Position numbers and translations under genes: made by a program
Source: Eledone cirrhosa
Lineage: Eukaryota
Direction of reading: 5' to 3'
Assembly: GCA_964016885.1 (NCBI GenBank)
Contig: OZ024743.1
Location: forward strand, 295,678,001 to 295,742,000
Length of the DNA stretch: 64,000 bases
Shown: positions 41,969 through 56,814 of the stretch, one piece after another
Layout: each line of letters starts with the position of its first letter
How positions within the stretch are numbered: the first letter of the stretch is position 1
Notes under the pieces: model-generated
What the model saw: only the letters and a program-made list of their open reading frames with translations
What the model was told of the DNA's origin: nothing
The model's database searches: none

Positions 41969-42080
41969 ATTAACACTTAACATTTAATATTCTATCATAC
42001 TATTTCATTCTAATACCATTATAACTTTAAAAGGATTGTAAATAAAACGAGTAAATCAGACAAAGTTGGAATTCCTTTTA

Positions 42081-42130
<50 letters not shown>

Positions 42131-42134
<4 letters not shown>

Positions 42135-42326
42135 GAAGGAGGTGTGGTAAGGAACCAGATGGACCATAACGCACCAGAGTACTCAATACTTAGGGTAGTA
42201 TAGTGGGTAAACAAAAATGTTTAACTCCGACAGCAGAGCTCAAGCCTTTTCGAGGACTATTTCTGGAGTCCAGAAATAACCGTCGAAACGGCTTCAGCTC
42301 TGATGTCGGGGTTAAACATTTTCCCA
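42131..42326 (-). mobile_element. Family B fold-back element (imperfect palindrome 42214-42322 plus tail)
   Basis: Centre tatttctgga g tccagaaata; tail ggaccataacgcaccagagtactcaatact shared with 15093 and 31410. Confidence 0.85.
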
Positions 42327-42327
42327 T

Positions 42328-42387
<60 letters not shown>

Positions 42388-42452
42388 ATAATTTATATAC
42401 ATATACATATATATATATATATATACAAATATACATATACACACACACACAG

Positions 42453-42485
<33 letters not shown>

Positions 42486-42674
42486 AATATATATATGGTG
42501 ATATTCATCTCTATTTCATCGCATATATATATACATATATATATATGATCGTTTGCAACTACTTTTTTTATTTGTGGGCTGGTATATATTCTCATAAAAT
42601 ACATGGTGTATATGTGCGTATACACAAATATCACACACGGACGCATGCACACACGCACACGCATACACACACAC

Positions 42675-42706
<32 letters not shown>

Positions 42707-44476
42707 GCGCGTATATATATATAAGACTAAGTTTGTGGCTGGGGGTTCCTTGTGAGATTATAAGGGTATGTGGTGCGTTTATATTTGTATATATTTGATT
42801 TGGAAAGAGTGTGCTTCTATATACTTGATGTTCATTTACATTTCTCACATCATCATTGCATTGATCACCAACAATGGATTTCTGATATCTCTACTACCAA
42901 AATCACTCTACCTCCGTAGCTATTAATATTATCTAAAATATATCAACATTAGTACAACAGAAAAGAACGAAAATAGTTACAATGCCAGCTATACTCCTTA
43001 ACACCATAATTTCCATTATCACCATTACTAACTCAATATTATCACAACAACAACAAAAACAATAATGGCAATAGCAGCAATAACAAAATCAATTACAAGT
43101 ACCTCTATTTCAACCCAATATTACTGGAAAAACACACACACCACTGACAATATATTTAAACGTTACTATATTTAAAACTTCAACACATCTCACTATTCAT
43201 TCCAACATGTTATCATCATCATGATAGTAATAACAAAAACAGCAGTAGCCAGCACAATAACATAAGGAAACCATCAATAAAAAGGGAACATATTATTATA
43301 ACCATCATCACAACGGTCGTCACTAACAGTACAAATCATTCTAGCGAAACAACACACGCATCTAGCAAAGACACCAACATTACAACATCTGGAATTTCAC
43401 CTCGATGACAACGTAGCAAAGCAACAACTAAAGCAACTACGGTGACATCTCTATAATCATCATCAACACTAAGAACAAGTACAAGAAAAACAACATTGTC
43501 ATAATCGACTGCAATAATAATAGCAGCAATAACAACGAAATCATTATCAACATTGACAACAACATCAATTCCAGTAACAACAAAAAGATCACCAGCAAAA
43601 CAACACCAGCAGCTACAACACGGCGAAAGCGACAGCTCGGTTGCTTTGTGAGTCAACTCGATGGAGAAGAGCAAGATAGATGGAAGAGAGGAGTAGAATA
43701 CTGTAAAGATGAAGGGAAAAGAATATAACAAATAACACAAAAGATAGAAATTCATGCATAATTAATGATATGAAGCGTAAAAACCTGAAATTATTGCTGG
43801 GAGACAATTCTCTAAGAATAGCATATCAATACTGATTAATAATCTTTTTAACGCAAATTGCGCTATTAAGTTTTCAATGGTAAATGGAGAGCATTTCAAG
43901 AGTGCTATTTTTGTTGTTGTTGGTTGCGGTGGTGGAGGAGGTGGCCGCTGCTACCTAGGTGGTAGTGCCGATGGTGTTGGTCGGGTGGTGTCTATTTGAA
44001 GCCAACACCACTTTTGTTGAAGTAGATATCGGGAAACCAAAAATATATGCTGATGATAACAAAACGCTACCAATAACAACAAAAATAATGACAGCGATAA
44101 TGATAATGGAATGATTATATTGTTATTATCATTGTGAATTTGTTATCTCAGTCGTTCATTGTTATTTAATCGGAAACATTGCCATAATAAACATCAAGCT
44201 GCGACTCGTAGCCTCATATTCAGGACGTATCGGAGGGTCCTTGAGGTTCCCGGTAAGCATGACTTTTGAAGTGTTCCCAAATGGTTTGCACATATAAATA
44301 AAACAATCATTATAAACCTATGTGTCACAATACATGTGGAATTGGAGAAAACTGGCCTTCAACGTGTCCTCCTCAAATGCATTACTATCTACATCGACCT
44401 CGTATAAGTCAATCTTGAATTCATCCTGCTACCCGCTTACTTATTATTATTATTATTATTATTGTTGTTATAATAA

Positions 44477-44597
44477 TAATAATAATTGTTTCTACTTTAG
44501 GCACAAGGCCAGCAATTACCCAGTGCAATAAAGTACCAGTAATGCACTGGTTAATTGCTGGCCTTGTGCCTAAAGTAGAAACAATTATTATTATTGT
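44477..44597. repeat. Palindrome made of two Nin/Deu-SINE 3' tails, flanked by trinucleotide repeats
   Basis: aataattgtttctactttaggcacaaggccagcaattacccagtgca...tgcactggttaattgctggccttgtgcctaaagtagaaacaattatt. Confidence 0.8.
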
Positions 44598-44632
44598 TGT
44601 TGTTGTTGTTGTTGTTGTTGTTTTGTTGTTGT

Positions 44633-44707
<75 letters not shown>

Positions 44708-46229
44708 CAGCATTATTATCATCATCATCATCATCATAAAGTATCCACTATTTCGTTATATTAAAAAAATGATTTTTCATATAATAGTATTAACTCTACT
44801 CCACTCTTGTTGGCTTCGAGATGTGTTTTGTTATAACTTAGTTGCTTAGTGAAATAATAAATCTATAAACAGACGGCATGTATTAGTGGTTGAGTGCCGG
44901 CTCCCTTGTGTGTTACTTCCTTCATTGAAATTCATTGCAGTAAACAATAGATTTCTCTTCTTTATGTATGTTCCCTTTAAGCCCTGCACCTGTGAGCTTG
45001 CACATATGCTATAATAGACCACGCAAATAGAATTACATTACACTTATAGATATATTTTGTTCATTACAACACACGTATGTTTCATTGCTTCACAGGTTCG
45101 TTGAGGTGAATGAATAATTTTAGCAAAATTCTCATCTGCCTAAACACATATTTTTAATGAAATATACAGCATATTTATCATAAGATTGTTAACTATAGAT
45201 GCAATCAAAAATGAGATATACACATATTATCATTGAGTAACATTTAGAAATAACATTACTTTGTACATGGTATTATAACAGTGTCCATTCACATTATTCG
45301 TCAAGCAATGATCGACAATCATAGCAAGATCTTATCTTACTTCTTTCAATTTTTCCAAAATTATATAATGCCATTAATCAATTCTTATATCAAATCTTGT
45401 TATGTTCTAAAAAATGTGTTGTATCCATTCTGCTTTGTCGGAACAGGGACTCCTAGCTCACCCGCCTTATCTCCTATTATCACTCGTGTTTTGTCCAATA
45501 TGTAGATCACATACTTACTACTACATCCAGAATATCCTGCCATGTACTTGAGCTCTCTGGATCACCCTTCCTGCTCAGGTCTCTCCGGGATGTATTGAAT
45601 TACAATAATGTTGACAACGAAACCTCAAATATCAACCACTCCTGTCATAAAGAAATTGCGAAAACTACAGACTTTCTGGCATCTTTTCGACACACACAAA
45701 ACATATTATGAGCTTATATTTCATTAATCATCTTTGAATGTTCTAATCTACCAACATTTTTCAGAGCAACGACATTTAAGTCCCAGCTGACTTTCTTGTG
45801 TCTCCTGTTTAATGTATTGTATTTTTCTCACAATCTTTTGGAGAAAAAAAGAATTGTCACTGTACTCAGATCATTTCTCTGTTATATAGGATTCTGAGCG
45901 TGAGATACGTTTAAACATCTCTACGTGTAAGGATAGATGTATTGTACTTTAAATATTTTGACTTAGAATGAATGTAGATCCTTGACCTATAGTTTTGATT
46001 CTAAAACTACGTATAAATGTCGACGTAAGACATATATTTAATGAAGTGAACAGGAATTTACTGCTAGTTATATTTCTCTCGATGATGTGATAAGAAATGA
46101 TAGGCATATTATTAAATTTAAACAGTTTCATAAATGTACGCGCACTTGCCTACATACACTCACAAGCATACACACACACGTAATATATATACGCATGATA
46201 CTCACACGCACATATGCACATGCACCCAT

Positions 46230-46268
<39 letters not shown>

Positions 46269-46564
46269 ATACACACACACATATATATAATACACACACA
46301 CACACACACATATATATATGGTTGTAATAAATATATGTACGTATGTTTGTAACTGTGTATGTATTTATGTATGTGCTATATTCTTCAGGTGAACGCTAAT
46401 ATCGCCAGGTTATTTTACTGACTATTAATATGGTGACGACAACTCTGTCGCATTGCTGCAGTTAAAAGGAAATAATATACTTAGCAGTTTCAACTCTTAT
46501 AATGTGGGATTATATTTCTATGCCGTAATTGGTCAAAGGAAGATATGCTATGAAATATTTGCAG

Positions 46565-47650
46565 TTAATAAGAATTACAGAATACATCAATTTAACATAA
46601 ATTCAACTAAATTTTCCTTTTCTTTTAACTTCATTTGAATTATGAAGTTTATAAAATGGGAATATTATTTTTTATAATTTAGGATGTTTCGAATTGACCA
46701 CTCAGACTCATGTCTGTAATTTTCCTCGAGGCCAATTGGGAACTGGCTTAAATTTCTCGATAAAATTCTTTTCTGTTAACTTTCGTTTAACTTCACTTGA
46801 GTCACAAAGTTAATAAAATAGAAATACAATCAACAATTACGAAATTGGTGTGCATATTCACCAAAGCTTTTGAAAGCCATGATGAAATTCTGATGAGGAA
46901 AAAATCAGCGTTTATTCACACTCATCCAGGCCAACATATTGATATCTATTCCAAATTGGTATTTGAACAGAAATGCTATGAAGTATATTTGAAGGATACA
47001 AACTTGTAATCAGAAATACCTGAAAATGTAGATCATTGCATTATGTGGCAACTGAATAATCTGGTTTCAACACATCAAAATGAATTTACCTTTAACGAAA
47101 GTGATTACTTTACATATCTTGAACCAAATCCGAGCAATTTTATTATCTATCAAAAATACACAAAACAAAAGAAATGAAAACCGCAGTGGAAGAACCAAAT
47201 AATAAATATGTAAAATAAATACAACCAAGAGATGTAATATGAACGGTGAAAGGAAACATTAGACGTACCTTATCAAAGGCCCGATTTGCAAAGAAATACA
47301 CATTGGTCATACGGGGAACTCATCATTAGATCTCATGAGAGTACACTATCAAGAAATTAAGGAAATTAATTTTAGACATATCCCTCTGCGTACTCATTTG
47401 GAAACATGCTAACATCTAAAAACAATTAATATTTCCATTTTATTAACTTTGTGACTCAAGTGAAGTTAAACGAAAGTTAACAGAAAAGAATTTTATCGAA
47501 AAATTTAAGCCAGTTCCCAATGGACAATGTCAATGATATTGATTCGCTTTGGTTTAGTTTAATTTGATTTAATTTAGGTTAAATTGATGTATTCTGTAAT
47601 TCTTATTAATTGAGACTAAAAAACGTAACATCCAAAATTATAAAATATGA
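46565..47650 (+). mobile_element. Old degraded PLE (GIY-YIG remnant ~47200-47525) with inverted 5' duplication (46735-46825 = rc of 47431-47522)
   Basis: Peptides YLIKGPICKEIHIGHTG, HIPLRTHLETC, SEVKRKLTEKNFIEKFKP align with the 40850-41560 protein; absent from the ORF track. Confidence 0.8.
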
Positions 47651-48236
47651 AAATGATTAATAGATTTCCATTTAATGACACTAAAACCACTTAGATACTG
47701 TGGCCATATTAATGTTTAGCAATGTTTAAATTTGCCTGAACAGTATCCCAGACGACACCGAATGTTCTTCTAAAACTAAGAAATAAATTGTGAAATTCCA
47801 GATGTGTTGGAATTTAATGGACATATATATATATGTGTGTGTCTGGGTGTCTGTGTGTCTGGGTATGTCTGTGTGTATGGACAAAGAAAGTAAATAAAAA
47901 ACAGTGACAACGAGAAAGCGAGCAGATTGTCAGGAACATTAACAGAGAAAGAAGAAAAATTGAAAGCTGGCAACAAAACAAGAAAATGAGACGTGCAAGG
48001 AAGCAAAGACTTCTCTATTTTCAACTATCCACCATCGTATATAATCACAGTTTTGCATGGCCATAAATAGGATTACAAATTATGTTTAACAGTGATAAAC
48101 AGTAACATGCTTGAAGAAGAATAATCAAGACACACGTGTGGCGAGACGCCAATAGAAAAACTTGAACATCTACCTGGTTGAAAAATCATCAATTCATCTC
48201 AAGGAATTAGAAACACCACACGTATATCATATACAA

Positions 48237-48331
<95 letters not shown>

Positions 48332-48334
48332 CAT

Positions 48335-48497
<163 letters not shown>

Positions 48498-48561
48498 CAC
48501 ATATATATGTATATATATATATATACACATACACATATATATATATATATATATATATAAA

Positions 48562-48970
48562 GAATAAATAATAACAGGTAGACATCATAAAAAGGTAATT
48601 TTTCCGAATGCTTACAAATGTTTCAACAGTAGTTATACAGCCTAGTCATGCTATGTGCAAATTGGTAATTATTTGTTTGCAGAAACTCTGCAAACAAATA
48701 ATTACCAATTTGCACATAGCATGACTAGGCTGTATAACTACTGTTGAAACATTTGTAAGCATTCGGAAAAATTACCTTTTTATGATGTCTACCTGTTATT
48801 ATTCATTTTTAAATCTACACTCCGGAATACAGAAGGATCAGAAACTGAGTTTCTTCAACTATTCTTCCATAACTCGTTTAGTAACCCCTCACCGTACGTC
48901 AACTCTATCTAGTGTAGTAATTAACCATTACTGCATTCAGGATAATCCTAAGAATGTCTTGCATAACCTA
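48562..48970 (+). mobile_element. Fold-back element: apparently perfect ~120 bp arms (48562-48681 / 48687-48806) plus tail
   Basis: Centre gtttgcag aaact ctgcaaac; arm contains HHR 3' half GAAACatttGTA; (TA)n on both sides. Confidence 0.88.
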
Positions 48971-49005
<35 letters not shown>

Positions 49006-49008
49006 TGC

Positions 49009-49046
<38 letters not shown>

Positions 49047-49799
49047 ACTGCAGCAATATTATATAAACTATTGTTCGAGGAAACGACGCGCTGCTGAGAA
49101 TCTAAATCACTATCATATGATTGTTATCGACATGCTATCGAGTATGACCGTGTTTTGCACAAACTTAGTTCTTCCCTTTAAAGTGGCAATGCCTTCTTAT
49201 CAGGCATCCTAAAAATGGCATACACTGATATGGTAAACCCCAAACCCCCATTTCTTAGACATCAATAATACTTCGAAATAGGATGCAGCACAGTGACTGT
49301 TTAGAGAACCATGCCTGCCTTAACTGCACCTTTAAATTCTTCTCACGAGTAAGGAAACTACAGAAAGAGTCGGTATTTCATTGTCACTGATGATTTCATA
49401 CCCCTATTTAGGCAACAAATAGTCCGCTGTTTGATTAGCTTCCACTAGAGGAAAAACTACCTAAAAGCACCTACACACTCAAATGCTATAAAGACAAAAG
49501 CTTGTGAGACACAGGTGGTACATAAATACATATTATATTTATATTTTCAACGTTTACTATGAACACCAGTGGTACATACATACATATATTTATATTAACA
49601 ACGTTTACTATGAACAAATAAACGTTGCTCTTGAAATTATGAAAGTATTTATTTACAGGTTATCTAGGCACATCTCGCAAGAACCTTCTCAACAACCATC
49701 GGAAATTTCTTCTAATAGGAACGTGACAATTGTATCTACTTTAAGAAAAGACAGACAAAGTAACTACGCATACAAAGAAACTAGTACTGAACCTCATAT

Positions 49800-50400
49800 C
49801 ACACGTGTAATTTAAACCTCCCAATGCTGCTCAAAATGCTAATCTTCACAAATTCAGCAACTCTCATTAACACTATAGTAAATACTGCGTCCCAAAGAGT
49901 GGCGTTCGTCTTCAGATTCAAAGAATCAATGGATTCCATAAGTTGCTGATACTATACAAAGTAAAGTTATATCCAGAATTGGCAAATGCTGTAAAATCTG
50001 CGTCAGGGTTGTTGCTACGTATCCAAACCTTCTAGTCCACTTTAAAAACAACACTATACCTCTGGTTGACAAAACGTTATAGACGAACATACATTAACTT
50101 CTAGCTCATAGGGACTATATCTCTCACTACTATATTGCTTATAAAACTGTCTTTGCTCATTGGAATGAAGGAGTTGCAAATTACAACCATCCAAGTCAAC
50201 CTTATATTCCCGACCCTTCTCCTATCATTCTATACACCCTCGCAAATACTGCACCATTTTCTATGTCCTTTCCTTTTCCCCTACAATGAGCTACAATTTC
50301 CCTCCCACCCCAATTGTATCATTATCCACGATTCCAGGTTCTCAGAGAGACTGAAGGTTGCAGTCTTTTTCTTTCCAACTCGATCATAAAACAAACAAAC
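49800..50400 (+). pseudogene. Possible very old CR1/L2-like LINE 3' remnant
   Basis: Only weak peptide similarity (LLILYKVKLYPEL vs LYKxxVRPxLEY). Confidence 0.3.
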
Positions 50401-50552
50401 AAAAACCTTGTAAATATATTTTACTCTACTGTCTACTCATCATTGAAATATGATTAAAGTCTTACAATTCTACTGTCGGTTATTTTTACGGAAATGTATT
50501 TTTCATATATGATAATGAGTTAGAAGAAACATCCTTCAGAAAAGTAAGATTT

Positions 50553-50630
<78 letters not shown>

Positions 50631-51677
50631 TGCGTGATTGTGTGTGTCTGTGTATCGGTTTTTGTTTCCGAAATTATAATCATAAAATTTCTTTGTTGAT
50701 TTTTTTTTTGTTTTTGTTTGATTTTTTTCGTTTTGTTTGTTTTTTGTCTGATTCTGATGCTATTCTTTGCTTTGTATGTATTATTTTTTGATAATGTTAC
50801 TGTAGCGGTCGAAATAATATTTGCGAAAATTTCTTTTCTTGACAGATACAGTTTTTAATCTTTATAATTGAATTCGCTTTTAATTAAGCATCGTTTAAAT
50901 AGAATTTTAATTAACGTATTTATTTCGTTATATGAAAGAAAAAGAAAACAAAATTAATTACATTCTTGAATAATTTTTGGTATCAGTTTTACGTTTGGAA
51001 AATTTGTTTCCTAAAGCAAGTTTAAAGTTAGTAATTTGGCTTTGATTACTTTGAAAGAAAAGAGAGAAGAATGGAATTATTTCACGCCAATTCTACTGTA
51101 AATAGTATTTTTCTCTGTGGTGCAGTGATGGTATAGAGAAAGTATTGAAAAATTGATAAGGCGACAACATTCCAGGTTCAATTCAAATGTTTTGCAGTAT
51201 ATATTTTCAATACTCACGTTTCAAATTATTTTGATCTCAAGTAATATATTGCAGCTAATTCACTTGTCTGTACACATTTGCTCTTATAAATATTCATCTT
51301 GCCTTCAAGCAATAAAAAATAATGCATATTTTGGATATCATGAATGAATTAGAGCAATGTTTTCCAAATATATCCTGGGGTTTTTCTCAGTTCTACGAAA
51401 GGATTATGGGCTCCCATGGGATATGTATTTTAATGAAATGTGCTACATGTTTTGTTTTTGTACTAATAGTCTCACTCGACAATGTATTTTGTGTTAAATT
51501 TAATGTGTTAGTAAACTTTAAGTGTCTGTAATATATAGTTATGGGTTCCACAATTTTGTTAAAAATCATATACGTTTTTCGTGAAAATTAGATTTAGGAA
51601 CCACTAAGAGAAATAACTTTGGTGTACCGAATATTTTTCATCGCTTTCAATTGCCATTTCAATTCATTTCCCTTACA

Positions 51678-51830
51678 TTAATAATTGTTTCTACTTTTGG
51701 TACAAGGCCAGCAATTAACCAGTACATTACTGGTACTTTATTTTATCGACTCCGTAAGGATGAAAGGCAAAGTTAACCACGACGGGATTTGAACTCAGAC
51801 CGTAAAGGGACGTAACTTTGCTGGAAAGCA
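51678..51830 (-). mobile_element. Nin/Deu-like SINE
   Basis: Reverse complement of 20250-20398 (tttatcgactccgtaaggatgaaaggcaaagttaac...tttgaactcag). Confidence 0.75.
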
Positions 51831-53643
51831 ATAATGCCCTTTTTAAAGTAATCAATCTCGCAGCACCCCATTATTATTTTTCTAGAATAGTGAAGCTAGG
51901 GTCATCTAATATTTTGGGAGGTATTTAAGAGAAAAAATGTGTTTTCAATGAATCATATACCCATATGTTTGCCATTTCTACTTACTATCAATTACATGTT
52001 TTGTAACCAATTTGTAAGTGAGGACTAATCTTTAATTCATATATTCATTTTAAAATATGAAGCATTATGACTTGCCACAAAATCAATATATAATTAAATT
52101 GTGGCGATCCCCGTGAATCAAATCGCCTCACTGGCTTATTTTCTTGTACCGACTGACGCCAAAGCTCTCCATTTAATTCATTAATATCTTTAATCGGGAC
52201 TTACGGAACACAGCATGCTTATTCGTTCCTGTTTTGTAGTAGAAAAGCAATATTTATTTTAGTCAAACAATTGACATTGAGTAGATGCTAACACTTTCTT
52301 ATCGATTTTAATCGCAACACTTTCAATTCGGGGTTGAAATCTTATCACATATACTCCATTCATAAGGCTATTGAAAATACACCAAGTTAACAAAACATCC
52401 CAATAACTTATTAAATGTGGGGCCTTAAATAATAATAAAATAAAACTGTAAATAACAATCATATAAAGAGACAGAAAATGAGAGACAGCGTATAATGAAG
52501 AGATAACATCTTGTCATATGTAGACGAGGCGTTGGTTTCATCTTCACTTGTAATTTAAATATGGTGTAATTAGTGAATGTTTAATTGTTGTACAGTATAG
52601 GATTTGAACTACCACCAAGCTTAGATCTTAGAAGAAGGTATATTTATTGGTGTAGCTAACGTTTATCTCACACGGGGAAATCTTTGAATTTGATACCTCT
52701 CCCTGACAAAGACAACAAAATGCATAGCAAAAGTACTTAAAGTGCCCCCCTTTCCCTATTTCCAGCTACGATACAACACATCATACAGTTATTCTATGGT
52801 TTAGCGGACTCATTGCTTTACTCAGCTTCATATAAGCAAATATAAAACATTCTATTTTTTTTCATGTTCTGAAGAAAACGATTGAAACCAGATGTAACTC
52901 CGCTGATAGAAACTTCACATTATGTCCATACGTTCTGTGAATTGTCAAGGCATGCTTTTCGTACTCTAGTAACGTCCATATTGTAAATGGGTATGACTTT
53001 TATTTTTAATTCTTTACACTACACTTCTACACTGTGATTCGAGTTGATAATGTGCGTTAACCAATATATATGGAGTTAATGTTCATATTACTATTGAATA
53101 TATTTGTTCATATTTCTATTGAATACATGTTCAATATAATGTTTTTTCACAAGTTTTTACTGTTATCTGAATAATGTCTTTCATTATTTTCCAAATGTTC
53201 CAAGTTAACCGAGAGGCTATATAAATACTCAAGACGAGTAGTGGCTGCGAGTTGTATTATTGTATTATTATATTACTATAAAATCTATGTAGGCCAGCTT
53301 TTGTATGATGGAATCTTAAGATGGACTATTTTCCATTTTATTATCAAGATTTTGGTTTATATTCTGGGTGGCATGTAACTTCAAAAATATTATGTTGAAG
53401 CCTTTTTGTTTTATTGTCCTGTAATGGCATTGTAAATTTATTGCTTCTATTATATTTACTCTGGTTGTTTCTTGTTCAAGAACAGCTAGATGGCCAGAGG
53501 AGGAATGGATGCACTTTTACAAGACATTTATCATTTAAGCGAGCTATAACACGTTCTACTATACATAATCGACATAGATGTTCTTATTTTATGTTATGCT
53601 AGCAGAATGGTTCGGCGTTTCTCGGCATTAATTATATATATAT

Positions 53644-53840
53644 ATTTAATACATTAACAGAGAAAGCTTTAAGCAATACTCCGACCGGCTTCCGTCTCAC
53701 TCAACAAACATTAGGATATACCTTAGGATATACCTTAGGATATACCTTAGTATAATCCCAATTATACGTTTGGGGTGCTAACTATACGTATTTTGCGGAT
53801 AGCCAGTTGTATTATTTTATATAAGACATAATTAAAATAC
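53644..53840 (-). repeat. 3'-end fragment of the family at 20525, with an internal (GGATATACCTTA)x3
   Basis: Sequence similarity to 20525-20685. Confidence 0.7.
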
Positions 53841-54169
53841 ATATATATATATATATTAAAATAACAGATTAAACTTTAACAGGATCTTCTGAAACTAAAA
53901 AAATCAATCTGGGAACGCAGAAGTAAATATTTCAAAAAACGTTACACACTATATATACATATATACACACACATATAGCGTCATAATGTCGAAATGCAGA
54001 CAGCCAGGCATACAGACAGATATTATAAGGGCGCAACGTTATATCTATGTATCTATCTAAAAAGAAAGACTAAGAATTATATAGAGAGAGATCGCTAAAT
54101 CGCCTAATGCGGTCCCTTGGGAATTGAAAATTTGAAATTTCTTTGCTCAAAACACTCACAAGATTATAA

Positions 54170-56748
54170 GTGATATTATTTATATCGTCCCCCTTGTTCT
54201 CGTCCTTCCTCACTAGCGTGACTACACCCTTGATCACAGCACAGGGAATTCTCCCGTTCTGTTGCCAGTTGCAGTAGACCGCCTCGAGGAGATCGGGGAA
54301 CAGGTCCGGCATAGCTAGATATAGTTCGTATGGAAGACCATCGAGACCCGGGGATTTGCGTTTGCTGCATTGGCTCAGCACGTCCTCTATCTCACCGACT
54401 GAAATCAGCTCCTCGCAGGACTTCGCCTCCCTGTCCGAGAAACGCGGCAGGCCGTCGAGGTATGGACCAAAGTTCACTCCCCAACCGGTTCCCCAACCGG
54501 TTCCCCAACCGGTTCCCCGCCCCTCAGAACAATCTGGCAAAGTGCCTTTGAAAAGCCTCGCACATCTGCTTAGGTTCAAGGATCACCCGTCCATCCTGGA
54601 CTCGCAAAGACCGGATAGTGGAACTACTTCCTCTTTTGGCTTCTGTCACGCGGGCACAGCTAAGAGCTTTGGTCCCCTCGTTTCCCAGAGCACGTATTTT
54701 GCTTCGGACGATGCAGCCTTCCTGTTTCGCGTCGAAGAACTGGCCTAGGGCCGTTCTCGACGCTAGCACTCTGGCCACGTCGCCGCTTCTAATTACCTCT
54801 ACACTATCTACCAACTCCCTTTCCTTCCTATTTCTATTTGAGTCTAACTCCTTACTAAATTCTATAGAGACTACTCTAATCTCTCTTTTGAGAGATCCTC
54901 ACCACCTGCTGTTGACGATGGCGCCCGTCAACCGCTCCTTAACTAAAGTGTTAATCCCGTCCTTGTAAGCCTAACTTGCCAGTAAGCACAAGTTGAGTTT
55001 CCAGTAACCGGGTCCCTGTCTATGCGTTCTGTCAAGGTTTACCATGCAGGTCACTAACTTGTGGTCTGAATAGCCAACCATGAGCATTTTTGGACAACTT
55101 AAAAAGACCTTATCTTTATTTCTAACTAAGAACCTATCTAGATACGACCTAGATGATCCGCTGCGGTTTGCCCAAGTTCAGGTTGGCGCAGTCGGAAAAT
55201 TTAGTTGATATCTATCGGCCAGGTCAAATCGACCGATTAACCCTTTGAGGCTGCTACACCCTTCACTATCGGGACAGGCCGCTACGTAGTCCCAAAGTGC
55301 ATCTAGGATACCATTCCAGTCCTCCACTAATAGCAAGGAGCGGGACGTCCCTCGAAAAGTCTCCAGACGATGGAAGAAGTCCGGCCGCGTTGACCCGAAA
55401 GGGCCGTAGACGGGTACCAGCCTAAACGCTCCGCCTTCACCACTGCCAAGATTCAGAACCACTAGTCGACCCTTCGGGTCCAAATGTACCTTCTGTGTTG
55501 CGAGACCCAGATGTTTTTGCATCAGAACGACAACCCTACCCCACCTCCGGGCTGGGTGAGAGATGCGTGCATCTCAAAGTCATCAAAGGTAGGGGCCAGC
55601 TTCCGCACGTTGCTGATCTGGGCCTCGCAAATAACCATCACATCTATACGTTGTGACCTGAGGTCATTTAGAAGCATTGCTTGCTTCCAGGTTGAGCCCA
55701 GGCCACGCGCATTTAGACAGCCTACTCTTAGCATAGCGATGTTGGTGGTGAAGAGAAAAGGCACATACCACTCTGCGTCCCGGGTATCGGGTTGCACAAT
55801 TTCCATGAGGGTGGGGGATGGGTTGTTGGGTGGGGTGGTGGTTTATGGAAGTGTAGGGGCATCAGTGTGTTGTGTGGTTGGGGTGTTTGGAGTTGTGTGG
55901 GTGTTTGGGGAGGGGGTGGAGAAGTTTTTTTAGGAGGACGCGGTTAATGGGCCCGACGCAGGGGGGGGGGGGGGCACGTCCTCTTTAAAGTTGTTTTTTA
56001 GTGTTTTATATGTGTCCTCTGGGGCCTTAATCATTTTGAGGTGGGGGAAATTCCCTGCCTGGATGAAGTTAGGCTCTTGGGTTTTTACTAAATTGTTGTT
56101 GTATACAATGTTTAGCAGTTTTTTTATTTCTTGTGTTTCTGTATGTGTATGCATGTTTTTGTGTGTGTGTGTGTGGTGTTTTTTGTTTGCTGTTGTTGTG
56201 TGCTCTTTTGTGTTGGTGTCTGTGTTATGTTTTGGGGAGGGGTTGTTTTCATTCGTGTGTCTGAAGTGTGTTTTCTTTTTTTTCTTTTGATTGTGTGGAA
56301 GTGCTCCTCCTCGTCTGACGACGAACGAGGGTCATCTTCCGCGTTGGAGGGGGAGGGTAGATTTTCGGGTTGTGTTTGCGGTGCGGGTATTTTGGAAATT
56401 GTTTTTATTTGAGTGGGGGGGGGGGGGTTGTACAGTGTTTTGTTTTGGTTTGAGCTGTGGTTGTTGTTTTTGTAGTGGTGGTTGTGGTGACTGTGTTAGT
56501 TGTGCAGTTGTTGGTGGAGTAGGCAGGATTGGGATTTTCTTTTTAAGTTGAGGACAGACAGCCCTCAGGTGACCTCTGGCTCCACAGAGGTAACACGAGG
56601 GCCGCCGACCCTCAACGGTAATGTTGATAACATTTTGATCATCCAGTATATCGCATTCAGGGATCTGGGCGATCCTTTCGGGCCTCATTTGAACTACAAG
56701 TTCGTGTCCCGTTCCATTGAACGCGTCACTCGATGCCTTTCCCATGGA
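54170..56748 (-). mobile_element. Tx1/L1-clade LINE copy 1: ORF1 end with CCHC knuckle, AP endonuclease and start of RT; truncated at both ends, frameshifted
   Basis: CYLCGARGHLRAVC; VGCLNARGL..ICE; LLVEDWN; GPGYWKLN; KSPGLDGLPYELY. Confidence 0.92.
56332..56745 (-). pseudogene. LINE ORF1 fragment with zinc knuckle
   Basis: INITVEGRRPSCYLCGARGHLRAVCP. Confidence 0.8.
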
Positions 56749-56749
56749 T

Positions 56750-56758
56750 GATAGATAA

Positions 56759-56813
<55 letters not shown>
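56750..56813. repeat. (ATAG)n, the (TCTA)n 3' tail of LINE copy 2
   Basis: On the - strand follows gctaataaagaaat (polyA signal at ~56820-56825). Confidence 0.85.

Positions 56814-56814
<1 letters not shown>

Larger units (their letters stand above)
40600..42085 (+). mobile_element. 5'-truncated Penelope-like element (RT thumb, Cys linker, GIY-YIG, 3' pLTR with HHR)
   Basis: FLDIMIIKDDTTITTDIYYK at ~40650; ends at (TA)n. Confidence 0.9.

Noticed and set aside
52866-52900. CTGAAGA..GAAAC..GTA motif
   Set aside because: Stems I and II do not pair convincingly and there is no element context; the similar motif at ~34015-34055 is rejected likewise
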